54,966 bases of DNA, from contig JAGNDY010000005.1 in the NCBI GenBank assembly GCA_018003655.1, forward strand, positions 1 to 54,966, written 5' to 3'. Every line of letters begins with the position of its first letter. Position 1 is the stretch's first letter. The notes below the pieces were generated by a model, which was given only the letters and a program-made list of their open reading frames with translations, was not told the origin of the DNA and made no database searches. The translations under genes were made by a program, and so were the position numbers. The DNA is from Candidatus Nanopelagicales bacterium. GTDB taxonomy: Bacteria; Actinomycetota; Actinomycetes; S36-B12; UBA10799. Of the stretch, positions 28,028-37,636 are shown piece by piece.

Positions 28028-28945
28028 ATGGCGAAATCGAACAATAACGAGATCCTCGCGGCGGGGGTTGTGCTCCTGCGCAAATACAAAGGGGATCCAC
28101 AGGTTTGTGTGCTGCACCGGCCGACTCACCGGGACTGGTCGCTACCCAAGGGCAAACTCGAATCGCGCGAGCACATCATCACCTGTGCGCGCCGGGAGAC
28201 CATTGAAGAGACCGGTGACGACGTCGTCCTCGGTGTTCCGCTGCTCACCCAGAAGTATCGGGTTGAGGGTCGGCCCAAAGTCGTTCGATACTGGGTTGGC
28301 TGGGTCAAGAGCGGCGGGCCTGGTTTCTCCCCCAACCGCGAGATCGACAAGTTGGAATGGCTGTCGCCGAACAAGGCAGCCAAGCGCCTGACCTACCGGC
28401 GAGATGTGCAGATCATGCGCAGCGCGCTGGACGTCGGTCCCACCACCCCGCTGATCTTGCTGCGCCACTCCCAGGCGGTCCGGCGAGCGGTGTGGAATGG
28501 ATCCAAGGATGCGTTACGGCCGTTGGCCCCGGTCGGCAAAGGCCGCGCACGCAACCAGATCGGCGACATCTTGGCTGCGTTTGGAATTGAGTCGATCCAG
28601 TCCTCGGATGCCTTGCGATGCGTGCAGACCGTTCGCCCGTACGCCGACTCGGCCAAGCTGAAGATCGAGATGGATTCGCTCTTTAGCGAGGAGGGGTTCG
28701 AACCCTCAAAGAAGGCATCACTGGGCAGGATCAACGACTTGCTGGCCGACCCGTTGGCCACGGTGCTGTGCACGCACCGACCGGTACTTCCGGAGATCGT
28801 CGCGCAGGTGCGCAAGCGAACGGGACTGAATAACACCAAGCAACTTGATCCCGGGCTACCCCCCGGGGGGTTCATCGTCTTGCACCGGCAGTTTGACCCC
28901 AAGCGCGGTATGCGCGTCGTTGCCGTCGAGCGCCACGCCCCTTAG
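28028..28945 (+). CDS. Nudix hydrolase fused to a histidine-phosphatase domain (MutT1-like)
   Basis: Nudix box [23 protein letters not shown], then LILLRHSQA (RH catalytic motif of histidine phosphatases). Same architecture and ppk1 adjacency as Rv2985. Confidence 0.88.
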   Translation: MAKSNNNEILAAGVVLLRKYKGDPQVCVLHRPTHRDWSLPKGKLESREHIITCARRETIEETGDDVVLGVPLLTQKYRVEGRPKVVRYWVGWVKSGGPGFSPNREIDKLEWLSPNKAAKRLTYRRDVQIMRSALDVGPTTPLILLRHSQAVRRAVWNGSKDALRPLAPVGKGRARNQIGDILAAFGIESIQSSDALRCVQTVRPYADSAKLKIEMDSLFSEEGFEPSKKASLGRINDLLADPLATVLCTHRPVLPEIVAQVRKRTGLNNTKQLDPGLPPGGFIVLHRQFDPKRGMRVVAVERHAP

Positions 28946-29724
28946 CCGAAACGACCGGAGATGTAGTCCTCCGTGGCCTTTTCGCTTGGGTTGGAGAACA
29001 TGCGCGCCGTTGACCCGACCTCAACGAGCTCGCCGGGTTGACCCGGTCCCTTGAGGTTGAAGAATGCCGTCGTCTCGCTGATGCGAGCCGCCTGCTGCAT
29101 GTTGTGGGTGACGATCACGATCGTGTACTGCTCGCGCAATTGGCTGATGAGTTCCTCAATCGCCAGCGTCGAGATTGGGTCCAGGGCTGAACACGGTTCG
29201 TCCATGAGGACGACCTGCGGCTCGACGGCAATGGCCCGGGCGATGCAGAGCCGCTGTTGCTGACCACCGGAAAGGCCCGCTCCTGGCCGATCGAGGCGAT
29301 CCTTGACCTCTTCCCACAGATTCGCCCCGCGCAGTGAACGCTCGACGATGTCGTCGGTGTCGGACTTCCTTACCCGGCGACCTTTTTCCAGTTTCACGCC
29401 AGCAACGACGTTGCCGTAGATCGACATCGTCGGGAAGGGGTTGGGCCGCTGAAACACCATTCCCACCACGCGCCGCACGTTGACCGGGTCTACGTCATCG
29501 GCATAGATGTCTTGGCCGTCAAGCAGGACTTTGCCTTGAACGTAGGCACCCGGGATGACCTCGTGAAGCCGATTGAGTGTCCGCAGGACGGTCGACTTGC
29601 CGCAGCCGGAAGGGCCGATCAGAGCCGTCACGGAACGAGGCTCCACAGCCAGGTTGACATCTTGAACCGCCATGAATGATCCGTAGAAGACATTCAAGCC
29701 GCTGATGTCGATTCGCTTTGCCAT
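28942..29724 (-). CDS. pstB: Phosphate ABC transporter ATP-binding protein
   Basis: Walker [10 protein letters not shown], signature LSGGQQQRL, Walker B VVLMDEP. Confidence 0.96.
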   Translation of the reverse strand: MAKRIDISGLNVFYGSFMAVQDVNLAVEPRSVTALIGPSGCGKSTVLRTLNRLHEVIPGAYVQGKVLLDGQDIYADDVDPVNVRRVVGMVFQRPNPFPTMSIYGNVVAGVKLEKGRRVRKSDTDDIVERSLRGANLWEEVKDRLDRPGAGLSGGQQQRLCIARAIAVEPQVVLMDEPCSALDPISTLAIEELISQLREQYTIVIVTHNMQQAARISETTAFFNLKGPGQPGELVEVGSTARMFSNPSEKATEDYISGRFG

Positions 29725-29772
29725 ACCGCCCTCGTCAGTTCCGCTCAGATTCAGTGTGCATGATGATCCGCC

Positions 29773-30843
29773 CTATCTAGCCTTCGGCGCAAATATTCGA
29801 GCGACCACCTTCGCACCGATGTAGAGGATCGCGACGAACAGGATGAGTACGAACGCACCACCCCAGGCTCGGTCGACCGCCACCGGAGTTCCACTGCCGA
29901 TCTGGTCCCAGATGAACGTGGGCAATGCCGCCTGCGGTCCATCGAACAGATTCCAGTTCATGCTCTGCGTCAGGAACGTGGTCAAGAGCAGCGGCGCGGT
30001 CTCACCTGCGACGCGAGCAATCGCCAACATCACGCCAGTGATCACACCCGGTAACGCCGTTGGGATGACGATGCGCAGAATCGTCCTCCACTTCGGGACG
30101 CCGAGGGCGTAGGACGCCTCCCGCAGATCGTTCGGAACCAGTTTGAGCATCTCTTCGGTGGTCCGGACGACCACCGGCAGCATCAGGATCACCAGCGCCA
30201 GCGACGCGGCGAACCCGCTGCGCTGCATGCCCAAGGTCAAAATCAAGGCCGTGTAGATGAACAGGCCAGCCACGATGGACGGCACGCCGGTCATCACGTC
30301 GACGAAGAACGAGATTGACAGAGCCAGCTTTCCGCGCCCGTACTCCACCAAATAGACCGCGACCATGATGCCGATCGGAACAGCGATCACCGTCGCCATG
30401 AGGACCTGCTCGATGGTCCCAACCAGCGCGTGGGCGATTCCGCCACCCGGGGTACGGGCGCTCACATTGCGCATGGTTGAGCTGAAGAACTCCGCATTGA
30501 TCACGGAGATGCCCTTGCTGATGACGGTGAACAGAATCGCGACGAGCGGAATGAGCGCGATGACGAAAGCCGCGTAGACCGCCGTGGTCATCAAGCGATC
30601 GACGGCATGACGACGACCCTCAACGCGGAAGCTCCAGACCGACTGGACGACGACGAAGATGATCACTGCCCACAGCAGAGTCAGCGCGACACCCTGAATC
30701 AGTCCGATCAGCGCCATCAGAATGGCGACGATCAAGGCTGCCCCCGCGAGTCCGGGGAGTGCTCGTTTTGGCAGTCGCCGACCGACCAGCTCGGCCCGGA
30801 TCGACTTCTCGACTGGTTTGCCCTCGGGGGGTGCGATCGCCAT
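29773..30843 (-). CDS. pstA: Phosphate ABC transporter permease PstA
   Basis: Polytopic, with permease EAA-type loop EASYALGVPKWRTILRIVIP. ATG 30843 shares 1 nt with the pstC stop. Confidence 0.92.
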   Translation of the reverse strand: MAIAPPEGKPVEKSIRAELVGRRLPKRALPGLAGAALIVAILMALIGLIQGVALTLLWAVIIFVVVQSVWSFRVEGRRHAVDRLMTTAVYAAFVIALIPLVAILFTVISKGISVINAEFFSSTMRNVSARTPGGGIAHALVGTIEQVLMATVIAVPIGIMVAVYLVEYGRGKLALSISFFVDVMTGVPSIVAGLFIYTALILTLGMQRSGFAASLALVILMLPVVVRTTEEMLKLVPNDLREASYALGVPKWRTILRIVIPTALPGVITGVMLAIARVAGETAPLLLTTFLTQSMNWNLFDGPQAALPTFIWDQIGSGTPVAVDRAWGGAFVLILFVAILYIGAKVVARIFAPKAR

Positions 30844-31835
30844 CAGTTCGACCCCGAGAACTCTTTGCGACGCGCGACGATGAGCCTCGCGGCCATATTG
30901 ACGGCCAGGGTGATGACGAACAACACGAGGCCGGATGCGACCAGGGCTGACAGTCCGACGGAGCCAGCCTCGTTCCACTTGAGCGCGATATTGGCGGCGA
31001 AGGTGTTGCCGCCGGGCTCAGTGATGTGCCAGTTGATGGTGAAGACCGCGGACAGCACCAATGCGACGGCGATGGTCTCACCCAGCGCCCGCCCGAGTCC
31101 GAGCATCGCGGCCGAGATCATGCCGGGCATCCCAAACGGGAACACCGCGAGGCGAACCATCTCCCAGCGGGTGGCACCTAGGGCGAGCGCGGCTTCGACG
31201 TGACCGTGCGGCACTTGCAGAAAGACCTCACGAGAGACCGCTGAGATCGTCGGCAGAATCATGATGGCGAGAACGACGCTGGCGACGAAGATGCTCTTGG
31301 TGTAGACCTCGTCCGGGTTGGCAAACAGCGGTATCCAGCCGAAATAGTTGTTCAGCCAGGCCGAGATGCCTTCCATCCTTGGCATCAGGAATTGCAGGCC
31401 CCACAGACCAAAGATGATCGATGGAACAGCGGCAAGTAGATCGATGATGAACGCGAGCGATGATGCGAACCGGCGCGACGCATAGTAGGCCGTGAATAGC
31501 GCGATGCCGATCGCAACTGGAACAGCCAAGATCATCGCGATGATTGAGGTGATGAGGGTTCCAAAAGCGAGCGCCGCAATGCCGAACGCGGGCGGTGTGG
31601 AATCAGGGAACCACTCTTGAGTGGTGAAGAAGTTCGCGGTGTTCTGCTGCAACGAGGGGATCGCCTTCCAGGCAAGGAAGACACCGATGGCTGCGGTCAG
31701 AACCAAGATGAGGACGCCCGCGCCGCGAGATAGACCGAAGAAGACTCTGTCGCCGCGGCGAACCGCTTCGCCCTGAATCTCGGCAGCAATCTCGTCGTCG
31801 GCTGGCGACAGCGTGTCTTGGGCCATGGTCTTCAC
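30843..31835 (-). CDS. pstC: Phosphate ABC transporter permease PstC
   Basis: Polytopic, with loop EAALALGATRWEMVRLAVFP. Confidence 0.93.
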   Translation of the reverse strand: MKTMAQDTLSPADDEIAAEIQGEAVRRGDRVFFGLSRGAGVLILVLTAAIGVFLAWKAIPSLQQNTANFFTTQEWFPDSTPPAFGIAALAFGTLITSIIAMILAVPVAIGIALFTAYYASRRFASSLAFIIDLLAAVPSIIFGLWGLQFLMPRMEGISAWLNNYFGWIPLFANPDEVYTKSIFVASVVLAIMILPTISAVSREVFLQVPHGHVEAALALGATRWEMVRLAVFPFGMPGMISAAMLGLGRALGETIAVALVLSAVFTINWHITEPGGNTFAANIALKWNEAGSVGLSALVASGLVLFVITLAVNMAARLIVARRKEFSGSN

Positions 31836-31879
31836 CTCCTCATTTCGAACTCACTTGGGACATCGCTGGGCCGGACACG

Positions 31880-31933
31880 GATGTGAGCGGCTGCGGTCGT
31901 CGACTCACGTCGAATCGCGCAGCCGCTCACATC
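31880..31933 (-). other. Intercistronic pstS-pstC stem-loop (16-bp perfect stem)
   Basis: gatgtgagcggctgcg ...22 nt... cgcagccgctcacatc. Flanking bases (31874..31944) can extend the helix. Confidence 0.55.
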
Positions 31934-31953
31934 TAACCCGTGTCGAGCGGCAG

Positions 31954-33036
31954 TTAGCTCAGTGAACCAACAGCAGTGTTGACTTTGGTCAGCAACTCCG
32001 CCGGGATCGGCACGTAGCCGGTGTCGGCGAGCTTGGACTGCGCCGAGTCGCTGGCGGTGTACGTGAGGAAGGACTTGGTCAAAGGCAGCAGATCGCTGGC
32101 CAGTCCCTTCTCGCAGGTGACCTCGTACGTCACGAGGACGAGCGGGTAAGCCGCGGGATCCTTCGTCGCGTAGTCAATCTTGAGTGGGAGGTTGTTGCCA
32201 CTTCCGGTGACGGTCGCCAGTGCCAGCGCGGCCGAGCCCGTTTCAGCGGAGGGAGCTACTGCGCCGCCACCATTGTCGATGCTGGCGGTGTTGAGTTGCT
32301 GATCCTGAGCGAACGAGAGCTCGATGTATCCGATCGCGTTCTTGGTGCTCTTGACCGAAGCGGCGACACCGTCGTTGCCCTTGGAACCTTGTCCACCGGG
32401 AGCAGTCCAGTCCTTACCTGGGGTGTACTTCCACTCGTCGGGAGCGGTCGCGACGAGGTACTGCGTGAAGTTGTCCGTCGTACCCGAGGAATCGCTGCGG
32501 TGGAACTGCACGATGGTCGCGTCAGGCAACGTCACGCCGGAGTTCGCTGCCGCGATCGCGGGGTCATTCCACTTGGTGATCTTGCTGCTGAAGATGTCAG
32601 CGAGCAACTTAGGAGTGAGGGTGAGCTTGTCGACCCCGTCAACGTTGTAGGCCGCGGTGATCGCGCCACCGACCATCGGCATGTTGATCGCCGGGCCCGA
32701 TGCGCAACGCTTGCTGGCGGCCGTGAGGTCGGCGTCCTTGACGGCCGAGTCAGAGCCAGCGAATGCGGTCTGTGCGTTGATGAAGTCCTGCACGCCTGCG
32801 CCGGAGCCATTGCCTTGGTAGTCGATCGTCGCGCCAGAGCATGCTGACTGGTACGCGTTGATCCATTCGGTCATGGCGTTCTTCTGAGCAGTCGAACCGG
32901 ATGCCTTGATGGATCCGGACTCGCAGCTGATGCCATCGGAGTTGCTGTCCGAGCTCGTGCTGCTGCTACAGGCGGCGAGTGCCGCAGCGCTGACAACCGC
33001 GAGGCTGAGCACCTTGACGCTCTTGGTGATCTTCAC
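31954..33036 (-). CDS. pstS: Phosphate-binding lipoprotein PstS
   Basis: Signal peptide plus lipobox LAAC. Periplasmic binding-protein fold segments are GSTAQKNAM and SDSSGTTDNFT. GTG 33036 is preceded by GGAGGA. Confidence 0.94.
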   Translation of the reverse strand: MKITKSVKVLSLAVVSAAALAACSSSTSSDSNSDGISCESGSIKASGSTAQKNAMTEWINAYQSACSGATIDYQGNGSGAGVQDFINAQTAFAGSDSAVKDADLTAASKRCASGPAINMPMVGGAITAAYNVDGVDKLTLTPKLLADIFSSKITKWNDPAIAAANSGVTLPDATIVQFHRSDSSGTTDNFTQYLVATAPDEWKYTPGKDWTAPGGQGSKGNDGVAASVKSTKNAIGYIELSFAQDQQLNTASIDNGGGAVAPSAETGSAALALATVTGSGNNLPLKIDYATKDPAAYPLVLVTYEVTCEKGLASDLLPLTKSFLTYTASDSAQSKLADTGYVPIPAELLTKVNTAVGSLS

Positions 33037-33087
33037 GTTTTATCCTCCATAGTTTTTCTCTGTCTACGTGCCGCCGACACTAAGCAC

Positions 33088-33131
33088 CGATGGTGACCGC
33101 AGGAGGGGTCCACGATGAACGGAAGATGAAC
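33088..33131 (-). promoter_or_regulatory. PHO box: phased 11-nt direct repeats upstream of pstS
   Basis: The minus strand reads GTTCATCTTCC GTTCATCGTGG acccctcctgc GGTCACCATCG. Three of the four phased units match G(G/T)TCAY. They lie about 50-95 nt upstream of the pstS start. Confidence 0.6.
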
Positions 33132-33140
33132 GAATAACGT

Positions 33141-34094
33141 CTAGCTTGTGATCGGCGAAGGGAAAGTCCCGGCTTTGGCCAGCAGACCTGGGGTCGGTCG
33201 GCCCAGTTGGTCGCCGAGCCAGTCGCTGGCCACGATCAGCGCATCGAGGTCGATGCCGGTCTTGACGCCGGAACGTTCGAGGGCGAAGACCAAGTCTTCG
33301 GTGGCGATGTTGCCGGTCGCCCGGGGCGCGAATGGGCACCCACCGATGCCGCCGAGACTCGAGTCGAGCACTCGCACGCCGGCCTCGTAGGCAGCGAGGG
33401 CCGACGCGTACCCGGTGTTACGGGTGTTGTGGACGTGAACCCGCAACCGCACATCACCGACCACGTCTTGCACGGCGGCGATTCGGCGAGCAACGTCCCG
33501 GGGTACCGCTACCCCGATGGTGTCGGCGACGGCAATCTCCACCACTCCACTCTGAGCGAGTCGACCGGCCACGTCGGCCACCCTGCCGATCGCAACCTCT
33601 CCCTCATACGGGCACCCGAACGACGCGGACATCGTGACCGTTGGGATCACACCGGCGGCGTTGGCCAACGGTGCGACCTGCTCGACGGTCGCGATCGCTG
33701 CCTCTGTGGTCATCCCCTGGTTCTTCAGGGAAAACGTGTCGGTGACCATGACGACCATGTTGATCTCGTCTACCTGGGTCTGCCTGGCACGCTCGAACCC
33801 ACGAGCGTTGAGCACCAGCCCGATCCAAGCGGCGGAGAGACTGTTCGCGTCATCTTTCGCGGGCAGGCCAGCGAGGACCGCCTCCGCGTCGGCCATCTGC
33901 GGCACTCGTTTGGGGTTCACAAACGACGCGACCTCGATCCGCCGGATTCCCGCGTCCACACATCGCTGGATCAGGCCAAGCTTCTGATCCGTTGATAGCC
34001 GGGCGGGGTCGTTCTGTAAGCCATCCCGGGGGGAGACTTCCACAATTTCGACACCACGAACGGGGCTTGAGTTCATGCCTCTAGGATCACTCAT
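33141..34094 (-). CDS. Hydroxymethylglutaryl-CoA lyase (DRE-TIM metallolyase)
   Basis: Motifs VEIVEVSPRDGLQN and VHVHNTRNTG. Start is ATG 34094 or 34076. The longer ORF extension to 34313 is not protein-like. Confidence 0.88.
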   Translation of the reverse strand: MSDPRGMNSSPVRGVEIVEVSPRDGLQNDPARLSTDQKLGLIQRCVDAGIRRIEVASFVNPKRVPQMADAEAVLAGLPAKDDANSLSAAWIGLVLNARGFERARQTQVDEINMVVMVTDTFSLKNQGMTTEAAIATVEQVAPLANAAGVIPTVTMSASFGCPYEGEVAIGRVADVAGRLAQSGVVEIAVADTIGVAVPRDVARRIAAVQDVVGDVRLRVHVHNTRNTGYASALAAYEAGVRVLDSSLGGIGGCPFAPRATGNIATEDLVFALERSGVKTGIDLDALIVASDWLGDQLGRPTPGLLAKAGTFPSPITS

Positions 34095-34128
34095 CGGACC
34101 TACAACAGCTACGAGAGGTGCGTTTGGC

Positions 34129-34425
34129 GTGATTACGCATGTGGTGCTGCTCGGACTGACCGACGCCGATGATTGCCCCGAGGCCCTCGACCGGCTACGC
34201 GCGCTCCCAGCCCGAATCCCCGAACTTCTCACGCTGCGGTGCGGCCAGGCGCTGGCCGGAGCCGCCTCAACCGGCGGCGGGTTGAACCTTGTCCTGATCA
34301 CCGAACACGCCAACGAGGCCGGGCTAGCCAGCTACCAAGACCACCCCGTGCACCAGGAGTTCCTCGAGTGGATCCAACCCCGCCTGGCGACTCGCGCCGC
34401 CGTCGACACCGACGACCTGCGATAG
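34129..34425 (+). CDS. Dabb (stress-responsive alpha/beta-barrel) family protein
   Basis: GTG 34129 (ITHVVLLGL...) has SD GAGAGG. About 98 aa, ending ...YQDHPVHQEFLEW... Confidence 0.75.
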   Translation: MITHVVLLGLTDADDCPEALDRLRALPARIPELLTLRCGQALAGAASTGGGLNLVLITEHANEAGLASYQDHPVHQEFLEWIQPRLATRAAVDTDDLR

Positions 34426-34451
34426 CCCAGCAGTAACCCAGCCTCCGAACC

Positions 34452-34517
34452 GGAAAGTTACCCAGTGGTACGGCTGCGACACGCCGGGGGAAACAGCCAT
34501 ACCACTGGGTAACTTCC
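34452..34517. terminator. Long imperfect inverted repeat between convergent Dabb and glgC genes
   Basis: ggaaagttacccagtggtacggctg ...17 nt... cagccataccactgggtaacttcc. About 23 bp paired, with one bulge and one mismatch. Confidence 0.55.
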
Positions 34518-34535
34518 TAGTTTGGCGCGGTGGTT

Positions 34536-35756
34536 TTAGGCGGTGATGCCCTTGCCGATGACGACAATGCCACCGTCGGAGACCGTGAAGCCCCGAGCCC
34601 GGTCGGCGGCGTGGTCAACGCCGATCTCGGTTCCATCCGGAATCACGCAGTACTTGTCGATGACCGCGCGGTTGATGGTCACACCTTTCCCGACTCGGGT
34701 ACCGGGCATGATCACCGAACCCTCGACCCGACTGCCCTCGTCAATGTGCACGTCGTAGGAGACCACCGAGTCGCGAACGCTGCCGCCGGCGATGATCGAT
34801 CCCGCCCCCACCATCGACTGATTCGCCGCACCATTGAGGACGAACTTGGCAGGCGGCAGCGGGGGAAGATTTCCCAGAATGGGCCACTGGCTGTTGTAGA
34901 GGTTGAAGACTGGGTGGACGCTCACCAGGTCCATGTGCGCGTCGTGGTACGCGTCGATGCTGCCGACGTCACGCCAGTACGCGTGGTCACGCTCGGTGGA
35001 TCCCGGTACGTCGTTCTCGTTGAAGTCGTATACGTGGGCCATGCCCTGTTCGGTGAGCATCGGGATGATGTTCCCGCCCATGTCGTGTACCGAACTCACG
35101 TCGGCGGCATCCTTCTTCAAGGCCTCAATCAACACGTCCGTGCTGAAGCAGTAATTGCCCATCGAGACGTAGGCCTCGTCCGGGGAACCCGGAATCGCGG
35201 GTGGATCTGCCGGCTTCTCCAGGAATGCATTGATCTTGCGCCCGTCCTGGGCTGTCTCAATGATGCCGAACGCGCTGGCCTCCGACCGCGGCATGCGAAT
35301 GCCAGCGATCGTCACGCCAGCACCGCTGTCGACGTGCTGCTGGACCATCTGGCGCGGGTCCATCCGATAGACGTTGTCCGCTCCGAAGACCACGACGATG
35401 TCCGGCCGTTCGTCGGCGACCAGGTTCAGGCTCTGGAAGATCGCGTCTGCGCTGCCCGTAAACCAGCGGGGTCCGAGCCGCTGCTGGGCGGGAACCGGGG
35501 TTACGTAGTCACCGACCATCGAGGACATCCGCCAGGTCGTGGTGATGTGCCGATCCAACGAATGCGATTTGTACTGCGTCAACACCGCGATGCGCATGTA
35601 TCCGGCATTCACGAGGTTCGACAGGACAAAGTCGATGAGCCGGTAGGCACCTCCGAACGGCACTGCGGGCTTGGCCCGATCAGCGGTCAGAGGCATAAGG
35701 CGCTTGCCTTCGCCACCAGCGAGAACGATTCCGAGGACGTGAGGTTGGTTGCGCAC
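34536..35756 (-). CDS. glgC: Glucose-1-phosphate adenylyltransferase
   Basis: [29 protein letters not shown]-terminus, with a left-handed beta-helix C-terminus. Confidence 0.96.
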   Translation of the reverse strand: MRNQPHVLGIVLAGGEGKRLMPLTADRAKPAVPFGGAYRLIDFVLSNLVNAGYMRIAVLTQYKSHSLDRHITTTWRMSSMVGDYVTPVPAQQRLGPRWFTGSADAIFQSLNLVADERPDIVVVFGADNVYRMDPRQMVQQHVDSGAGVTIAGIRMPRSEASAFGIIETAQDGRKINAFLEKPADPPAIPGSPDEAYVSMGNYCFSTDVLIEALKKDAADVSSVHDMGGNIIPMLTEQGMAHVYDFNENDVPGSTERDHAYWRDVGSIDAYHDAHMDLVSVHPVFNLYNSQWPILGNLPPLPPAKFVLNGAANQSMVGAGSIIAGGSVRDSVVSYDVHIDEGSRVEGSVIMPGTRVGKGVTINRAVIDKYCVIPDGTEIGVDHAADRARGFTVSDGGIVVIGKGITA

Positions 35757-35876
35757 GGGGCCAACCTACCCGGGATGGACCCTTCAATGTCACCCCACTT
35801 AATCCGGGTGAGGATTGCCGAGCACGTGAGTGGCTTCCCGCGCTTCAGAGCATGATTCGGGCCTAGGCTCGCCCCT

Positions 35877-37034
35877 GTGAGAGCAGCGATTTTGACCCGC
35901 GAATGGCCCCCGAATGTTTACGGTGGAGCCGGTGTCCACGTTGAGTATCTAGTTCCTCAACTCAGGAAGTTCATTGAAGCGGATGTCTTCTGCTTCGGTG
36001 AACCCCGTCCGGACGCGCACGCGTTTGAGATTCCAGCGGGATTGAGCGATGCCAACGCGGCACTGCAGACACTCGGGGTTGACCTGGAAATCGCCTCCGC
36101 GACCGCGGGTGCAGACGTGGCGCACTCCCACACCTGGTACGCCAACATGGCTGGCAACCTGTCGGGTCAACTACACGGCATCCCGCACGTGATCACGGCG
36201 CATTCGCTGGAACCTCGGCGGCCGTGGAAAGAGGAGCAGCTCGGCGGTGGATACCGCATCTCAAGCTGGGTGGAGCGGACGTGTTACGACAAGGCCGACG
36301 CAATCATCGCAGTCAGTTCCGGGATGCGCGACGACGTGCTCGACTGCTATCCGTTCGTTGATCCCGGCAAGGTTCACGTCGTCTACAACGGCATCGACAC
36401 CGACCTCTATCGAAACGTCAAAGAGACCGACGCACTTGAGCGCCACGGGGTGGACCCAAGCAAGCCGTTCGTGCTATTCGTCGGTCGGATTACTCGGCAG
36501 AAGGGCATCGCTCACCTCCTCAAGTCCGCCCGCATGTTTGACGAGTCGATCCCGCTGGTGCTTTGCGCCGCCTCCCCCGACACCCCGGAACTGGGTGCTG
36601 AGGTGTCAGCCGAGATCGCCGATCTGCAAGCAACCCGCGGGGGTGTTCATTGGATCGACGCCCAACTGTCCCGCGACGACGTCATCCAATTCCTTTCCCA
36701 CTGCCTGCTATTCGCGTGCCCGTCGGTCTACGAGCCACTGGGCATCGTGAACCTGGAGGCCATGGGGTGCGAGGCGCCCGTCGTGGCCAGCGCAGTCGGC
36801 GGCATTCCAGAGGTCGTCGTCAACGGCGAGACGGGGATCCTGGTCCCCTACGACGAAAACGAGACGCGAGCGTTCGAACACGCATTCGCCGACGCCGTCA
36901 ACCGGATGGCGTCAGACTCTCTTGCCGCGAAGGCGATGGGTATCCGTGGCCGCGCCAGGGCCGTAGAGGCGTTCGGATGGCAGGCGATAGCCAAGCAGAC
37001 CGTCGAGGTCTATCGTTCGGCAGGAGCGCGGTAG
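35877..37034 (+). CDS. glgA: Actinobacterial GT4 glycogen synthase GlgA (alpha-maltose-1-phosphate synthase GlgM type)
   Basis: MRAAILTREWPPNVYGGAGVHVEYL N-terminus and the E-x7-E region PSVYEPLGIVNLEAMGCEAPVVAS. Divergent from glgC. Confidence 0.9.
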   Translation: MRAAILTREWPPNVYGGAGVHVEYLVPQLRKFIEADVFCFGEPRPDAHAFEIPAGLSDANAALQTLGVDLEIASATAGADVAHSHTWYANMAGNLSGQLHGIPHVITAHSLEPRRPWKEEQLGGGYRISSWVERTCYDKADAIIAVSSGMRDDVLDCYPFVDPGKVHVVYNGIDTDLYRNVKETDALERHGVDPSKPFVLFVGRITRQKGIAHLLKSARMFDESIPLVLCAASPDTPELGAEVSAEIADLQATRGGVHWIDAQLSRDDVIQFLSHCLLFACPSVYEPLGIVNLEAMGCEAPVVASAVGGIPEVVVNGETGILVPYDENETRAFEHAFADAVNRMASDSLAAKAMGIRGRARAVEAFGWQAIAKQTVEVYRSAGAR

Positions 37035-37129
37035 TTCGCGACGTCCAACCGCGCAAACGAGCCCGCGCCGACGCAGGAATTTCCGAAGCGTCGGACAAGA
37101 AACCGCAACCAATGCCACAGGAGGCAGTA

Positions 37130-37561
37130 GTGACGCAGGTAGGTCCCGTCGAGGTGCTCGTCGTCTCGTTCCCCGGTAGCAAGTTCAACGGTTCGGTCGC
37201 ACCGGCATTGCGCGACGTCGTCGCGCGTGGTGACATCGCCGTGGTGGATCTGGCGTTCATGACCAAGGACCCAGATGGCACGGTAGCGATCGTCGAAATG
37301 AGCGACGTCGACGAATCGTCATTCCTGGATGAGGCGTTGGAAGACGTGCTCGATCTACTCAACGAAGATGACCTCCTCGCCCTCGCTGAGTCGCTCGACC
37401 CGGGCTCATCGGCGGTTGCCATGGTGTTTGAGCACACCTGGGCACGGCAGCTCGCCGCAGCCGTGCGTGGTTCTGAGGGTGAGGTCATCTTCTCCGAGCG
37501 CATCCCACGCGATGTCGTGGAAGCCGCTGTCGCTGTGGCAAAGGAAGCGCTCAGCGCGTGA
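37130..37561 (+). CDS. DUF6325/DUF1269-like acidic protein (family name recalled, unverified)
   Basis: GTG 37130 lies 5 nt after AGGAGG. 143 aa, with VEVLVVSFPGSKFNG...DIAVVDLAFMTKDPDG... Confidence 0.7.
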   Translation: MTQVGPVEVLVVSFPGSKFNGSVAPALRDVVARGDIAVVDLAFMTKDPDGTVAIVEMSDVDESSFLDEALEDVLDLLNEDDLLALAESLDPGSSAVAMVFEHTWARQLAAAVRGSEGEVIFSERIPRDVVEAAVAVAKEALSA

Positions 37562-37636
37562 GAACCCTGGTCGCACCACGGCCGGACTTGAAACACACTC
37601 ATAGACTGACATCGAAAGAACACTAGGGAGATAATC

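Noticed and set aside
28694-28705. gggttcgaaccc, a T-loop-like palindrome suggestive of a tRNA
   Set aside because: It lies inside the MutT1-like CDS (encoding ..EGFEPS..). No acceptor, D or anticodon arms can be built around it.
34095-34313. N-terminal extension of the HMG-CoA lyase ORF, and the track start of the overlapping plus ORF at 34075
   Set aside because: The extension is Ser/Arg/Pro/Ala-rich and precedes the conserved VEVSPRDGLQN core by far more than family members allow. The Dabb gene fits better from GTG 34129, which has an SD.
34530-35855. 441-aa plus-strand ORF opposite glgC
   Set aside because: It is antisense to a textbook GlgC sequence. Its composition is shadow-like (many R, H, V, D runs) and it has no recognisable domain.
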